NCBI GenBank assembly: GCA_036574205.1
Contig: JAINCQ010000020.1
Span: 19,688-83,687, forward strand
Length of the DNA stretch: 64,000 nucleotides
Source: Elusimicrobiota bacterium
GTDB taxonomy: Bacteria > Elusimicrobiota > Elusimicrobia > Elusimicrobiales > UBA9959
Direction of reading: 5' to 3'
Of this stretch, positions 29,807 through 38,665 are shown piece by piece (positions within the stretch are counted from its first letter, which is position 1; each line of letters opens with the position of its first letter). The position numbers were made by a program, and so were the translations under genes. A model generated the notes under the pieces. That model saw only the letters and a list, made by a program, of their open reading frames with translations. It was not told where the DNA came from and did not search any database.

Positions 29807-31240
29807 CTATATTTTTAAGTCCTTTGGATTTGAAGTCAGCCAGAACTCATAAATAATCCTTGTTACATACACAGAAGTAAACACACCTATTAAAAGGCCT
29901 ATTGTTAAAGTTGTCGCAAATCCTTTAACAGGACCCGAACCAAATTGAAATAAAAACACACTTGTAATCCAAGTTGTCAGGTTTGAGTCAAATATGGCGC
30001 TCCAGGCTTTTTCATAAGCGGTGGAAATAGTTATAGGTATAGGTTTTTTAAGTAATAATTCTTCTCTCATCCTTTCAAGTATAAGAACATTAGCATCAAC
30101 TGCCATTGCCAAGCTCAATATCATGCCTGCTATTCCGGGCAAAGTCAATGTTGCATTGAAATATGATAAAGATGCAAGAAGAAAAAGGAAATTAAAAGCA
30201 AGAGCAATAGATGCAATAAATCCACCTCCTGAATAATAAATAATCATAAAAATAACCACAAAAGAAAATCCGATAAGACTTGCTCTTAAACCTTTTCTAA
30301 TAGAATCTTCTCCAAGCGTAGGACCAACAACTCTTTTCTCTATTATTTTAACAGGAGCTGGTAAAGCACCGCTTCTTAAAACCAGAGCAATATCTCTTGC
30401 TTCCTCCATAGTAAAATTTCCTTCAATTATGCCTTTGCCTCCTGTTATTTTTGTTTTAATTCTGGGGGCTGTATAGACAACATCATCAAGTACTATAGCA
30501 AGAAATCTTCCAACATTTTTGCCAGTATAATCCTCAAATATCTTTCCACCCTCTTTATTAAAAGAAAATGCTATATATGGCATCCCAAATTGAGAATCAG
30601 TTTGAACCCTTGCATTTTCAAGATATGCACCCGTTACTACAATAGAAGACTCAAGGACATAATATTTTACCTCAGATGTGCCTTCCTCTGATTTTCCTTT
30701 AAGTATAGTTAGATTTTTGGGAAGCATTTTAGCTATATATGGGTCTATTGCTCCTGTATTATCTATTGCAGGTCTATCAAGCTTTGAAATTTCAGAAAGA
30801 ATATTTGCGCTGGTAGTGGATTCATCAACAAGCATAAATTTAAGTTGAGCAGTTTTACCTATTAAAGCCTCAGCCTGTTCTGTTTTAGATATTCCAGGCA
30901 GATCAACACTAATCCATCTATCTCCAACTTTTGCTATTGGTGTTTCAGCTATTCCATAAGCATCAACCCTATTTCTAACTATCTCTATTGCTCTTTGCAT
31001 AGCATCCTGCAATTTTTCATTTTTATCAAGTTTATCTATCTCAAGCTCAAGTAAAAGGTGTGTGCCACCTCTTAAGTCAAGCCCCAAATTAAGTATATGT
31101 TTAGGTCTTTGTTTCATTGCTTCTAATTTTTCTCTTTCCAAAGCAGATTTAAAATACCAATCAAAAGTTGGATAAAGTAGAAACAATGAAATTATTATCA
31201 GTCCTATCACTAAAGACATTTTCCAGTGAAGCGCTTTCAT
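29807..31240 (-). CDS. secD: Protein translocase subunit SecD
   Basis: 477 aa with LGLDLRGG, a periplasmic domain and a C-terminal 6-TM region with AVDANVLILERMREE. Confidence 0.9.
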   Translation of the reverse strand: MKALHWKMSLVIGLIIISLFLLYPTFDWYFKSALEREKLEAMKQRPKHILNLGLDLRGGTHLLLELEIDKLDKNEKLQDAMQRAIEIVRNRVDAYGIAETPIAKVGDRWISVDLPGISKTEQAEALIGKTAQLKFMLVDESTTSANILSEISKLDRPAIDNTGAIDPYIAKMLPKNLTILKGKSEEGTSEVKYYVLESSIVVTGAYLENARVQTDSQFGMPYIAFSFNKEGGKIFEDYTGKNVGRFLAIVLDDVVYTAPRIKTKITGGKGIIEGNFTMEEARDIALVLRSGALPAPVKIIEKRVVGPTLGEDSIRKGLRASLIGFSFVVIFMIIYYSGGGFIASIALAFNFLFLLASLSYFNATLTLPGIAGMILSLAMAVDANVLILERMREELLLKKPIPITISTAYEKAWSAIFDSNLTTWITSVFLFQFGSGPVKGFATTLTIGLLIGVFTSVYVTRIIYEFWLTSNPKDLKI

Positions 31241-31267
31241 ATATACTCCTTTTTAGATATAAGATAT

Positions 31268-31543
31268 TTAACTATTTAAAACTGTGGTTATTGCAGATTT
31301 TAAAGCAGTTACTTTAACATTTTTAGAGATTTCAAGCTCTATCTCAGAGTCTTTTATTGAAACAACAGTACCTATTAAGCCCCCTACGGTAATAACCCTA
31401 TCTCCGGATTTAATGTTTTCAAGCATTTTTTGTCTTTCTTTTGCCTGTTTTTGTTGCGGCCTTATTAAAAGGAAATAAAATATAACTATCATTATTATAA
31501 AAGGAAACATTTGAGCTAAAATACCTGGTTGAGATGAGTTCAT
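31268..31543 (-). CDS. yajC: Preprotein translocase subunit YajC
   Basis: 91 aa with a single TM helix, then RPQQKQAKERQKML and GDRVITVGGLIGTV. Confidence 0.85.
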   Translation of the reverse strand: MNSSQPGILAQMFPFIIMIVIFYFLLIRPQQKQAKERQKMLENIKSGDRVITVGGLIGTVVSIKDSEIELEISKNVKVTALKSAITTVLNS

Positions 31544-31615
31544 CTTCTCCTCCTGATTTTAAAATACACTTATTATTTTATCATATTTAGAAAATAAATA
31601 ATATTATGAAATGGA

Positions 31616-32749
<1,134 letters not shown>

Positions 32750-32766
32750 TTAATCCTCATTATTAT

Positions 32767-33828
32767 TTAAATTATCAAACAGGAATCTCCATAGGAATAA
32801 AATCTATATTTTTCCTTAACCGCTTCTTTATATGCTTTAAACAAAAGTTCTTTACCACAAAAAGCGGCTGTCATATAAAGAGGGGGAGAATCCGGAACAT
32901 GAAAGTTTGTTATAAAAGCATCAGCTACAGAAAATTTATGTCCAATACTTATAAATATATCTGTTTCGGTTTCTCCCGCTTTTACAAATCCATCTCTGGT
33001 TTTCATTTTTTCAATCGTTCTCATTGTAGAGGTTCCAACCGCAAAAATTCTTTTTCCATTTTTTTTAGTTTCATTAATTATATCTGCTGCGGCAGGTAAT
33101 ATCCTGCAATATTCACCGGGCATAACAAAATTTTCAGGATCTTCCCTTACCATTTTAAAAGTTCCCCATCCAATATGAAGCAATATTTTTACCACTTTAA
33201 CACCCTTAGATGATATTAAATTAAGAAGTTCTTCTGAAAAATGAAATCCAGCAGTTGGAGCTGCAACAGAACCGGGCTCTTTTGCAAAAACAGTTTGATA
33301 TCTTAGATCATCTTCATAAAAACTGTTTTTTTCTTCGATCTTTTTCCTTCTTTTTTCTATGTAAGCTGGAAGGGGAATTTTACCATACTTTAAAATATAA
33401 TCATCAGTTATTGGGGATTCAAAATAAAAAACAAAACTTCCATCATCTTTTTTTTTAATTTCAAGTATTTTTATTCCACCTTCAAGAAAATATTTTTTTG
33501 ACGGATTTATCTTTTTAGAAAGGGCAATCCAACTTTTACCATCCTCCCCAATTTTTTTTAAAAGAAGTATATCTTTTTTATTCCCCATCTCATCAGTTAA
33601 ATATATTTTATTTTTCACAACCATTGTCTCATTTAAAATGATACAATCCCCGGGATTTAAATAATTTATTATATCGTAAAAAAATGAATGTTTTATAGTT
33701 TTGTCTTTTCTGTTTATAATCATCAATCTTGAATTATCTCTTTTTTCAAGAGGAAAAGGAGCTATTAAATCAGATATTTCAAGTTCTCTGAACTCGCTTA
33801 ATTCAGTTGCCATAACCAAGTTTTTCAA
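32767..33828 (-). CDS. queA: S-adenosylmethionine:tRNA ribosyltransferase-isomerase
   Basis: PLPAYI and AAPTAGFHF motifs, with the C-terminal YRFYSYGDSCLI. Confidence 0.9.
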   Translation of the reverse strand: MKNLVMATELSEFRELEISDLIAPFPLEKRDNSRLMIINRKDKTIKHSFFYDIINYLNPGDCIILNETMVVKNKIYLTDEMGNKKDILLLKKIGEDGKSWIALSKKINPSKKYFLEGGIKILEIKKKDDGSFVFYFESPITDDYILKYGKIPLPAYIEKRRKKIEEKNSFYEDDLRYQTVFAKEPGSVAAPTAGFHFSEELLNLISSKGVKVVKILLHIGWGTFKMVREDPENFVMPGEYCRILPAAADIINETKKNGKRIFAVGTSTMRTIEKMKTRDGFVKAGETETDIFISIGHKFSVADAFITNFHVPDSPPLYMTAAFCGKELLFKAYKEAVKEKYRFYSYGDSCLII

Positions 33829-34960
33829 AATCTATAATTTTAGAACCGGGATAATAAAAACTAAGTATTTTTTTATAATTATAACCCTTATCTGCCATAA
33901 ATCTTGCTCCATCCTGACATAACCCAACACCATGACCCCATCCTTTTCCATAAAACTTATAGCCGCTAGCAAGTTTTTCTATCTTTGTGATAAATGTGCT
34001 TTTTAAATCATAAGTTCCTATAAAGTTTCTAAAATCTTTAGCCTCCAATTTAATATTTCCCCTGTCAGTTTTAAAAAGTAACTTTATTGCCCTTCCAGAT
34101 CGGTCTTTTGAATATATCTTAATATCCTTTACCTTTGTTGCTCCATATCCGTTTTTATTTATGAATCTTAAAATATCTAAGTTCGTAATATATATATACC
34201 ATTTTGCATTCCTGGAGTATTTATAATAAGGATCGGATACGCCTTTAAGAGGCAAAATTACGTTTGAATTCCACGCTCCACTAGGGGTTGTTGTATGTCC
34301 ACCAGAATTTGCATGATAATAAGCATAAAATATATCATCTTTATATGAAAGAACCTCTCCACGTGTTTCATTGACTGCAGAGATTATCTGAGGAGATATA
34401 TTTTCAAACCCTGTGTATACCTGATGGGATGTAGTATTTGTCATATCATACTCTGCATTTTTATCAATAGATTTCAATGTATATGTTCTTGCCGCCACAG
34501 CCTGTGCTTTTAATGCTTCTATAGGCCAGCTTACTCCCATCTCAGGTCCTAAAACACCCCATAGATATCTTTCTAAATCTACATACTCTATTACGTTTAT
34601 ATATCCATTTTTATTTAAGAATTTAAATTTTCCACGATATTTCTTATCATTAATAATCAAATAACTTGATGGATTATTGCTTTCAATATATATTGGAGAA
34701 AGAACTTTTTCATCTGTTATAAGCAAAAAATTATCACCTTGTGGAATTATCTCATAATTAGAATTTTCCAGAAGAATATATTTTTCTTTAGTTTTTTCTT
34801 CATAAACATAAACCGATCCAAATGTTTTTATGTTCACTTTTGAAACCCCTTTCTCAATAAGTATCCTTACCTCAATAGATTTAGAAATACCATCAGCGCT
34901 AAAAATAAAGCTAGATGAAAAGAAGTAAAAAATAAAAAAAAATTCAAAAAAGAGTTTCAT
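33803..34960 (-). CDS. spoIID: SpoIID/LytB-domain protein (canonical signature intact)
   Basis: Signal peptide, GPEMG...EALKAQAVAARTY and GKGWGHGVGLCQDGA...YKKILSFYYPG. Confidence 0.8.
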   Translation of the reverse strand: MKLFFEFFFIFYFFSSSFIFSADGISKSIEVRILIEKGVSKVNIKTFGSVYVYEEKTKEKYILLENSNYEIIPQGDNFLLITDEKVLSPIYIESNNPSSYLIINDKKYRGKFKFLNKNGYINVIEYVDLERYLWGVLGPEMGVSWPIEALKAQAVAARTYTLKSIDKNAEYDMTNTTSHQVYTGFENISPQIISAVNETRGEVLSYKDDIFYAYYHANSGGHTTTPSGAWNSNVILPLKGVSDPYYKYSRNAKWYIYITNLDILRFINKNGYGATKVKDIKIYSKDRSGRAIKLLFKTDRGNIKLEAKDFRNFIGTYDLKSTFITKIEKLASGYKFYGKGWGHGVGLCQDGARFMADKGYNYKKILSFYYPGSKIIDFEKLGYGN

Positions 34961-35957
34961 TTTTTTTAGCTACAATGCCAAGATGTTTATATGATTTTTC
35001 GGTAAGTATTCTACCTCGCGGAGTCCTTTGTAGAAAGCCAGATTTTATAAGATATGGCTCTATAACATCAGCTATAGTGTCAATTTCTTCTGAAAGAGCA
35101 ACAGCAATATTTTCTATTCCAACAGGTCCGCCATTAAATTTTTCTGCTATTGTTTTAAGCAGCATTCTATCAAGATTATCAAGTCCCTGTGAATCTATCT
35201 CCATAGCTTGAAGAGAAGAAGCAGCTATATCTTTCGTAATCACCCCATCTCCTTTTATTTCAGCAAAATCCCTTATTCTTTTCAACAACCTATTTGCTAT
35301 CCTTGGAGTTCCGCGGGAGCGCCTCGCTATTTCCATAATACCATCTTGTGTGGTTTTAATTTTTAATATAGATGCTGAACGCTTTATTATTTCTCCTATT
35401 TCACTTTCATCATAAAAACCAAGATTCTCTATAATTCCAAATCTATCCCTTAAAGGAGTAGTTAAAAGTCCACTTCTTGTGGTAGCTCCTATTATAGTAA
35501 TTCTGGGAGTTTTTATCTTCAATGTTGTAGCCCCAACTCCTTTTCCAGTATTTATAAAAAAATAAAAATCTTCCATAACAGGATAAAGCGCTTCTTCAAC
35601 TGAAACATTTAATCTATGTATTTCATCTATAAAAAGAACATCTCCATCAGAAAGTTCGCTTGTCAAAGTAGCAGCAAGATCGCCCGGTTTTGTAAGAACA
35701 GGACCCGATATTACTTTTATATTTACTCCCAATTCATTGGCTATTATATAAGAAAGTGTCGTTTTGCCAAGACCCGGGGGGGCGTAAAAAAGGCAATGAT
35801 CAAGTGGTTGTTTCCTTTTCCTGGCAGCTTCTATATAGACCCGCATATTTTCTTTCATTTTTTTTTGTCCAATAAATTCATCCAGAGTCTTTGGTCTTAA
35901 AGAATATTCAAAAGCTTCTTCCTCTGGATTAAGATTTTTATTGTATATATAATCCAT
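34944..35957 (-). CDS. ruvB: Holliday junction branch migration helicase RuvB
   Basis: LRPKTLDEFIGQ, Walker A GPPGLGKTTL, FIDEIHRL and the RGTPRIANRLLKR sensor. Confidence 0.95.
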   Translation of the reverse strand: MDYIYNKNLNPEEEAFEYSLRPKTLDEFIGQKKMKENMRVYIEAARKRKQPLDHCLFYAPPGLGKTTLSYIIANELGVNIKVISGPVLTKPGDLAATLTSELSDGDVLFIDEIHRLNVSVEEALYPVMEDFYFFINTGKGVGATTLKIKTPRITIIGATTRSGLLTTPLRDRFGIIENLGFYDESEIGEIIKRSASILKIKTTQDGIMEIARRSRGTPRIANRLLKRIRDFAEIKGDGVITKDIAASSLQAMEIDSQGLDNLDRMLLKTIAEKFNGGPVGIENIAVALSEEIDTIADVIEPYLIKSGFLQRTPRGRILTEKSYKHLGIVAKKNETLF

Positions 35958-36572
35958 TTAAACCCCTGATAATTTTTTAAGTGAAAGCTTTATTAAATCC
36001 TCTATATTTATATTTTTATCTTTAAACTCTTCTCCCACAGTATTAACAGCCATACGAGCATCAGAAAGTTTATATCCAAGACCGACCAGAGCGTTTATTG
36101 CTGTTTCATAATGTTTGGAAAAAACTGTAAAAGAATATTTAGATTGCTCTTCTGTTTCAAGTCTGTCAACCTTATCTTTAAGAGAATCAATTATTTTTTG
36201 GGCGGTTTTAGGAGTAAAGCCAAAAAGATTTTTCAAAGTCTTAATATCCTGAGTTTTAATAGCTTTTTTAAAATCAGAGACAGATTTCAGTATTTTATTA
36301 AGATAATCCATTGCCTTTTTAGCTCCTGTATCTGGAACCGAATCGCAAAGTAAATTAAAAATTACTTTCTCACTGAGACTTAAAAATCCATACATCTTTC
36401 CGCCTTCATAAGGGCTGAAAGAATTATGAATATAAAACTCACATATTGAATTTATTGAAATTTTTGAAATATCAAAGTCGCATAAAAAGATTTCCCATCC
36501 TATTCCATTATTTTCTACCAAAACGTTATTGCCAGAAATATTTATTACTTTTCCCTTAAGATAGGATATCAT
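35958..36572 (-). CDS. ruvA: Holliday junction DNA-binding protein RuvA
   Basis: MISYLKGKV N-terminus, a HhH-like middle region (GAKKAMDYL) and a position between ruvC and ruvB. Confidence 0.8.
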   Translation of the reverse strand: MISYLKGKVINISGNNVLVENNGIGWEIFLCDFDISKISINSICEFYIHNSFSPYEGGKMYGFLSLSEKVIFNLLCDSVPDTGAKKAMDYLNKILKSVSDFKKAIKTQDIKTLKNLFGFTPKTAQKIIDSLKDKVDRLETEEQSKYSFTVFSKHYETAINALVGLGYKLSDARMAVNTVGEEFKDKNINIEDLIKLSLKKLSGV

Positions 36573-37054
36573 AATAAAATACCTGTTGAACGCATCCTTA
36601 TATCCACAAGTGCTATTGCTATTGCATCAGCTATATCAGGATAAATAGTATTTTTAATTGAAAAAAGGGTTCTAATTACATTTTGAATCTGTTTTTTGTT
36701 AGCGTTTCCATTGCCAGTTATATTTTGCTTTATGGTTTTAGGATTATATTCTTTATATTCTATTCCCAAGTTTTCAAGAGCAAGCAGTATCACTCCCCGA
36801 GCGTGAATTGTAAGGCTTTGAGTTTTGATTTTATTTATAAAAAAAACTTCTTCTATAGCTGCGCAATCAACGTTAAACTCCATTATTTTTTTAGTCAGCT
36901 GTTCATATATAACTTTTAGTCTTTTTGAAAGAATCATATTATGTGGAGTTTTTATAAGACCAAAATCTTTGAGCATAATTTTATTTTTTTCAGATGAGAG
37001 AACAGCCCATCCAGTGTCTTCAAGCCCGGGATCTATTCCTATTACTGTCTTCAT
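36569..37054 (-). CDS. ruvC: Crossover junction endodeoxyribonuclease RuvC
   Basis: IGIDPGLEDTGWAV N-terminus, catalytic IEEVF and DAIAIAL, 161 aa. Confidence 0.9.
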   Translation of the reverse strand: MKTVIGIDPGLEDTGWAVLSSEKNKIMLKDFGLIKTPHNMILSKRLKVIYEQLTKKIMEFNVDCAAIEEVFFINKIKTQSLTIHARGVILLALENLGIEYKEYNPKTIKQNITGNGNANKKQIQNVIRTLFSIKNTIYPDIADAIAIALVDIRMRSTGILL

Positions 37055-37815
37055 TATTCTTTTATAAGTTTATCAAGTAATTCTGAAGGTATATCAAAAT
37101 TAGAAAAAACATTTTTTACATCATCATGATTTTCAAGCTCATCCATCATAGTAACTATCTTTTCTGCCAGCTCAGCATCTGAAACTTTAACCTCATTTTT
37201 AGGTATCATTGTGGCTTCCGCAGAAGAAACATTTATTTTTCTTTCAATAAGTTTATTTTTAATTTCTTCAACCTTATCAGGAGAAACAAAAATTTCATAA
37301 AACTCAGTATCCGGTTCATTTTTAATATCTTCCGCTCCTACATCTAATGCTATATTAAAAAGATCATCTTCAGAAATAGAATTTTTAGGAACTGTTATAT
37401 ATCCTCTTCTTTCAAAAATCCAGCTAACACAACCAGTAGTTCCCATATTTCCGCCATGTCGTTCAAGTATAACTCTGAGTTCATTAAAAGTCCTATTTTT
37501 ATTATCAGTTGTTGCATCAATCATTACAGCAATACCAGCTGGTCCATAACCTTCATAAGTTATTTCTTCATAAACGGCTCCTGGTATCTGTCCAGTTCCT
37601 CTCATTATTGCTCTTTTAACATTATCAAGCGGCATATTTACTTCTTTCGCGTCATCAATAGCCTTTCTCAATCTTGGATTTTTGTCTGGGTCTCCACCAC
37701 CCATTTTTGCAGCAACTGTTATTTCCTTTATTAATTTTGTATAAATTTTGCCTTTTTTTGCATCATTTGCAGCTTTCTTATGTTTAATTCCAGCCCAATG
37801 CGAATGTCCACCCAT
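37054..37815 (-). CDS. yebC: YebC/PmpR family DNA-binding transcriptional regulator
   Basis: MGGHSHWAGIKHKKA N-terminus and YEGYGPAGIAV, 253 aa. Confidence 0.9.
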   Translation of the reverse strand: MGGHSHWAGIKHKKAANDAKKGKIYTKLIKEITVAAKMGGGDPDKNPRLRKAIDDAKEVNMPLDNVKRAIMRGTGQIPGAVYEEITYEGYGPAGIAVMIDATTDNKNRTFNELRVILERHGGNMGTTGCVSWIFERRGYITVPKNSISEDDLFNIALDVGAEDIKNEPDTEFYEIFVSPDKVEEIKNKLIERKINVSSAEATMIPKNEVKVSDAELAEKIVTMMDELENHDDVKNVFSNFDIPSELLDKLIKE

Positions 37816-37854
37816 AACTGTTCCTCCTTAATTTATCGCAATATCTTACTATAC

Positions 37855-37883
37855 AGACTAATATTTATTTTATAAAATATAAT
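37855..37883 (+). promoter_or_regulatory. Possible sigma-70-type promoter for tRNA-Arg
   Basis: Perfect TATAAT at 37878-37883, 22 nt before the tRNA 5' end, with a weak -35 (AGACTA) at 17-nt spacing. An AT-rich background makes chance matches likely. Confidence 0.3.
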
Positions 37884-37904
37884 CTTATTTTACAAACTGT
37901 CCGT

Positions 37905-37977
37905 GCCCCCTTAGCTCAAAGGATAGAGCAGCTGCCTTCGAAGCAGTCGGTTAGAGGTTCGAGTCCTCTAGGGGGCA
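37905..37977 (+). tRNA. tRNA-Arg (anticodon TCG)
   Basis: Hand-folded cloverleaf: acceptor GCCCCCT/AGGGGGC, D arm GCTC/GAGC, anticodon arm GCTGC-CTTCGAA-GCAGT, T arm AGAGG-TTCGAGT-CCTCT and discriminator A. CCA is not encoded. Confidence 0.9.
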
Positions 37978-38345
37978 TGCTGGTACTGACCAACAGCGGT
38001 AAGCTGTTGCGCGAGGTGAGAACAGCCTTTAGAGCAAAACCTAAACGGTTTTGCGTGCTGTTCGCAAGGCCGCAGTTTGCCTTGGGCTATGCAGGCAAAC
38101 GAGGCGGGGTCGCGCAAGCCGTCAGGGCTATGCGTGACAGAACAGCCTTTAGAGCAAAACCTAAACGGTTTTGCGTGCTGTTCGCAAGGCCGCAGTTTGC
38201 CTTGGGCTATGCAGGCAAACGAGGCGGGGTCGCGCAAAGCCCACCAGGCTTATGCGTGACTCGAAAGCCCGCAGGCAAACTTGGGCATACAGTTTGCCGA
38301 GGGGGAAGGGTTTGAGAAAAATTTTGCAGTGAGCAAAATTTATTT
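37978..38345 (+). ncRNA. Candidate structured RNA or structured repeat block of unknown class, contiguous with tRNA-Arg
   Basis: G+C is 55-60% (33/60 and 36/60 in two counted lines) against about 28% in flanking coding sequence. It has multiple nested perfect helices and ends at the AT-rich hairpin AAATTTTGC-AGTGA-GCAAAATTT (38319-38341). I do not see conserved cores of RNase P, tmRNA, SRP or 6S RNA. Confidence 0.3.
38019..38237. repeat. Tandem direct repeat: 99-bp perfect unit, 120-bp period, two copies plus a diverged partial third linker
   Basis: 38019-38117 is identical to 38139-38237. The 21-bp linker GCCGTCAGGGCTATGCGTGAC recurs in diverged form at 38239-38262. Confidence 0.95.
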
Positions 38346-38374
38346 GTAGAAAAGTTCCTTTTAAATATTAAAAT

Positions 38375-38528
38375 CCCTTCCCCCTTGATGGGGGAAGGTG
38401 AGGATGAGGGTGAAATAATTAAATCTCCTTGCTGATGCTTATGTTTCCTCTCACTTGATAGGAGAAGAATAAGGTGAGGGTGAAAAATAAAATCTCCTCA
38501 CCCTAACCCTCTCCAAAAAAGGAGAGGG
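38375..38528. repeat. Three copies of a small G/C-arm hairpin plus GGTGAGGGTGA-type tail element (two on +, one inverted)
   Basis: E1 is CCCTTCCCCC-TTGAT-GGGGGAAGG+TGAGGATGAGGGTGAAA (38375-38415). E2 is CCTCTCA-CTTGAT-AGGAGAAG...AAGGTGAGGGTGAAAA (38446-38485). E3 is CTCACCCTAA+CCCTCTCC-AAAAAA-GGAGAGGG (38494-38528), the same architecture on the opposite strand. Confidence 0.7.
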
Positions 38529-38665
38529 AATATAACAATTAAACCGTCCCGGAAGGTAATACTCAAAAGTCTGCAGCAAAATATTTAATACAACAAACCC
38601 CATTTTTTTGAATTGCTCATATATTAATGCCTCATAAAACAAGATGTTTTGTATAATATTTTAAT

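Noticed and set aside
38019-38237. The tandem repeat as a CRISPR array.
   Set aside because: There are only two copies. The repeat is 99 bp with a 21-bp spacer, the inverse of CRISPR proportions. The 'spacer' recurs in diverged form, and there are no cas genes in the window.
37968-38315. Three ORFs in the track (37968-38237 minus, 37977-38315 plus, 38077-38259 plus) spanning the GC-rich block.
   Set aside because: They are mutually overlapping read-throughs of the same tandem repeat on both strands, so their internal peptide repeats mirror the DNA repeat. They are Arg/Ala/Gly/Cys-rich with no RBS, and one starts inside the tRNA 3' end. Open frames by chance are expected in GC-rich sequence.
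37978-38345. The GC-rich block as RNase P RNA, tmRNA, SRP RNA or 6S RNA.
   Set aside because: I could not find the conserved cores I know: GAGGAAAGUCC and ACAGAA.CCGGCUUA for RNase P, a tRNA-like 3' end with a tag ORF for tmRNA, and the GGAA/AGCAG-type SRP domain IV. None of these RNAs contains a perfect internal 99-bp duplication. A covariance-model scan is still required.
37905-38660. An integrated mobile element or island remnant at the tRNA-Arg 3' end.
   Set aside because: No integrase or other mobile gene follows. I found no direct repeat of the tRNA 3' segment (GGTTCGAGTCCTCTAGGGGGCA) downstream in the window. The foreign-looking segment is only about 550 bp.
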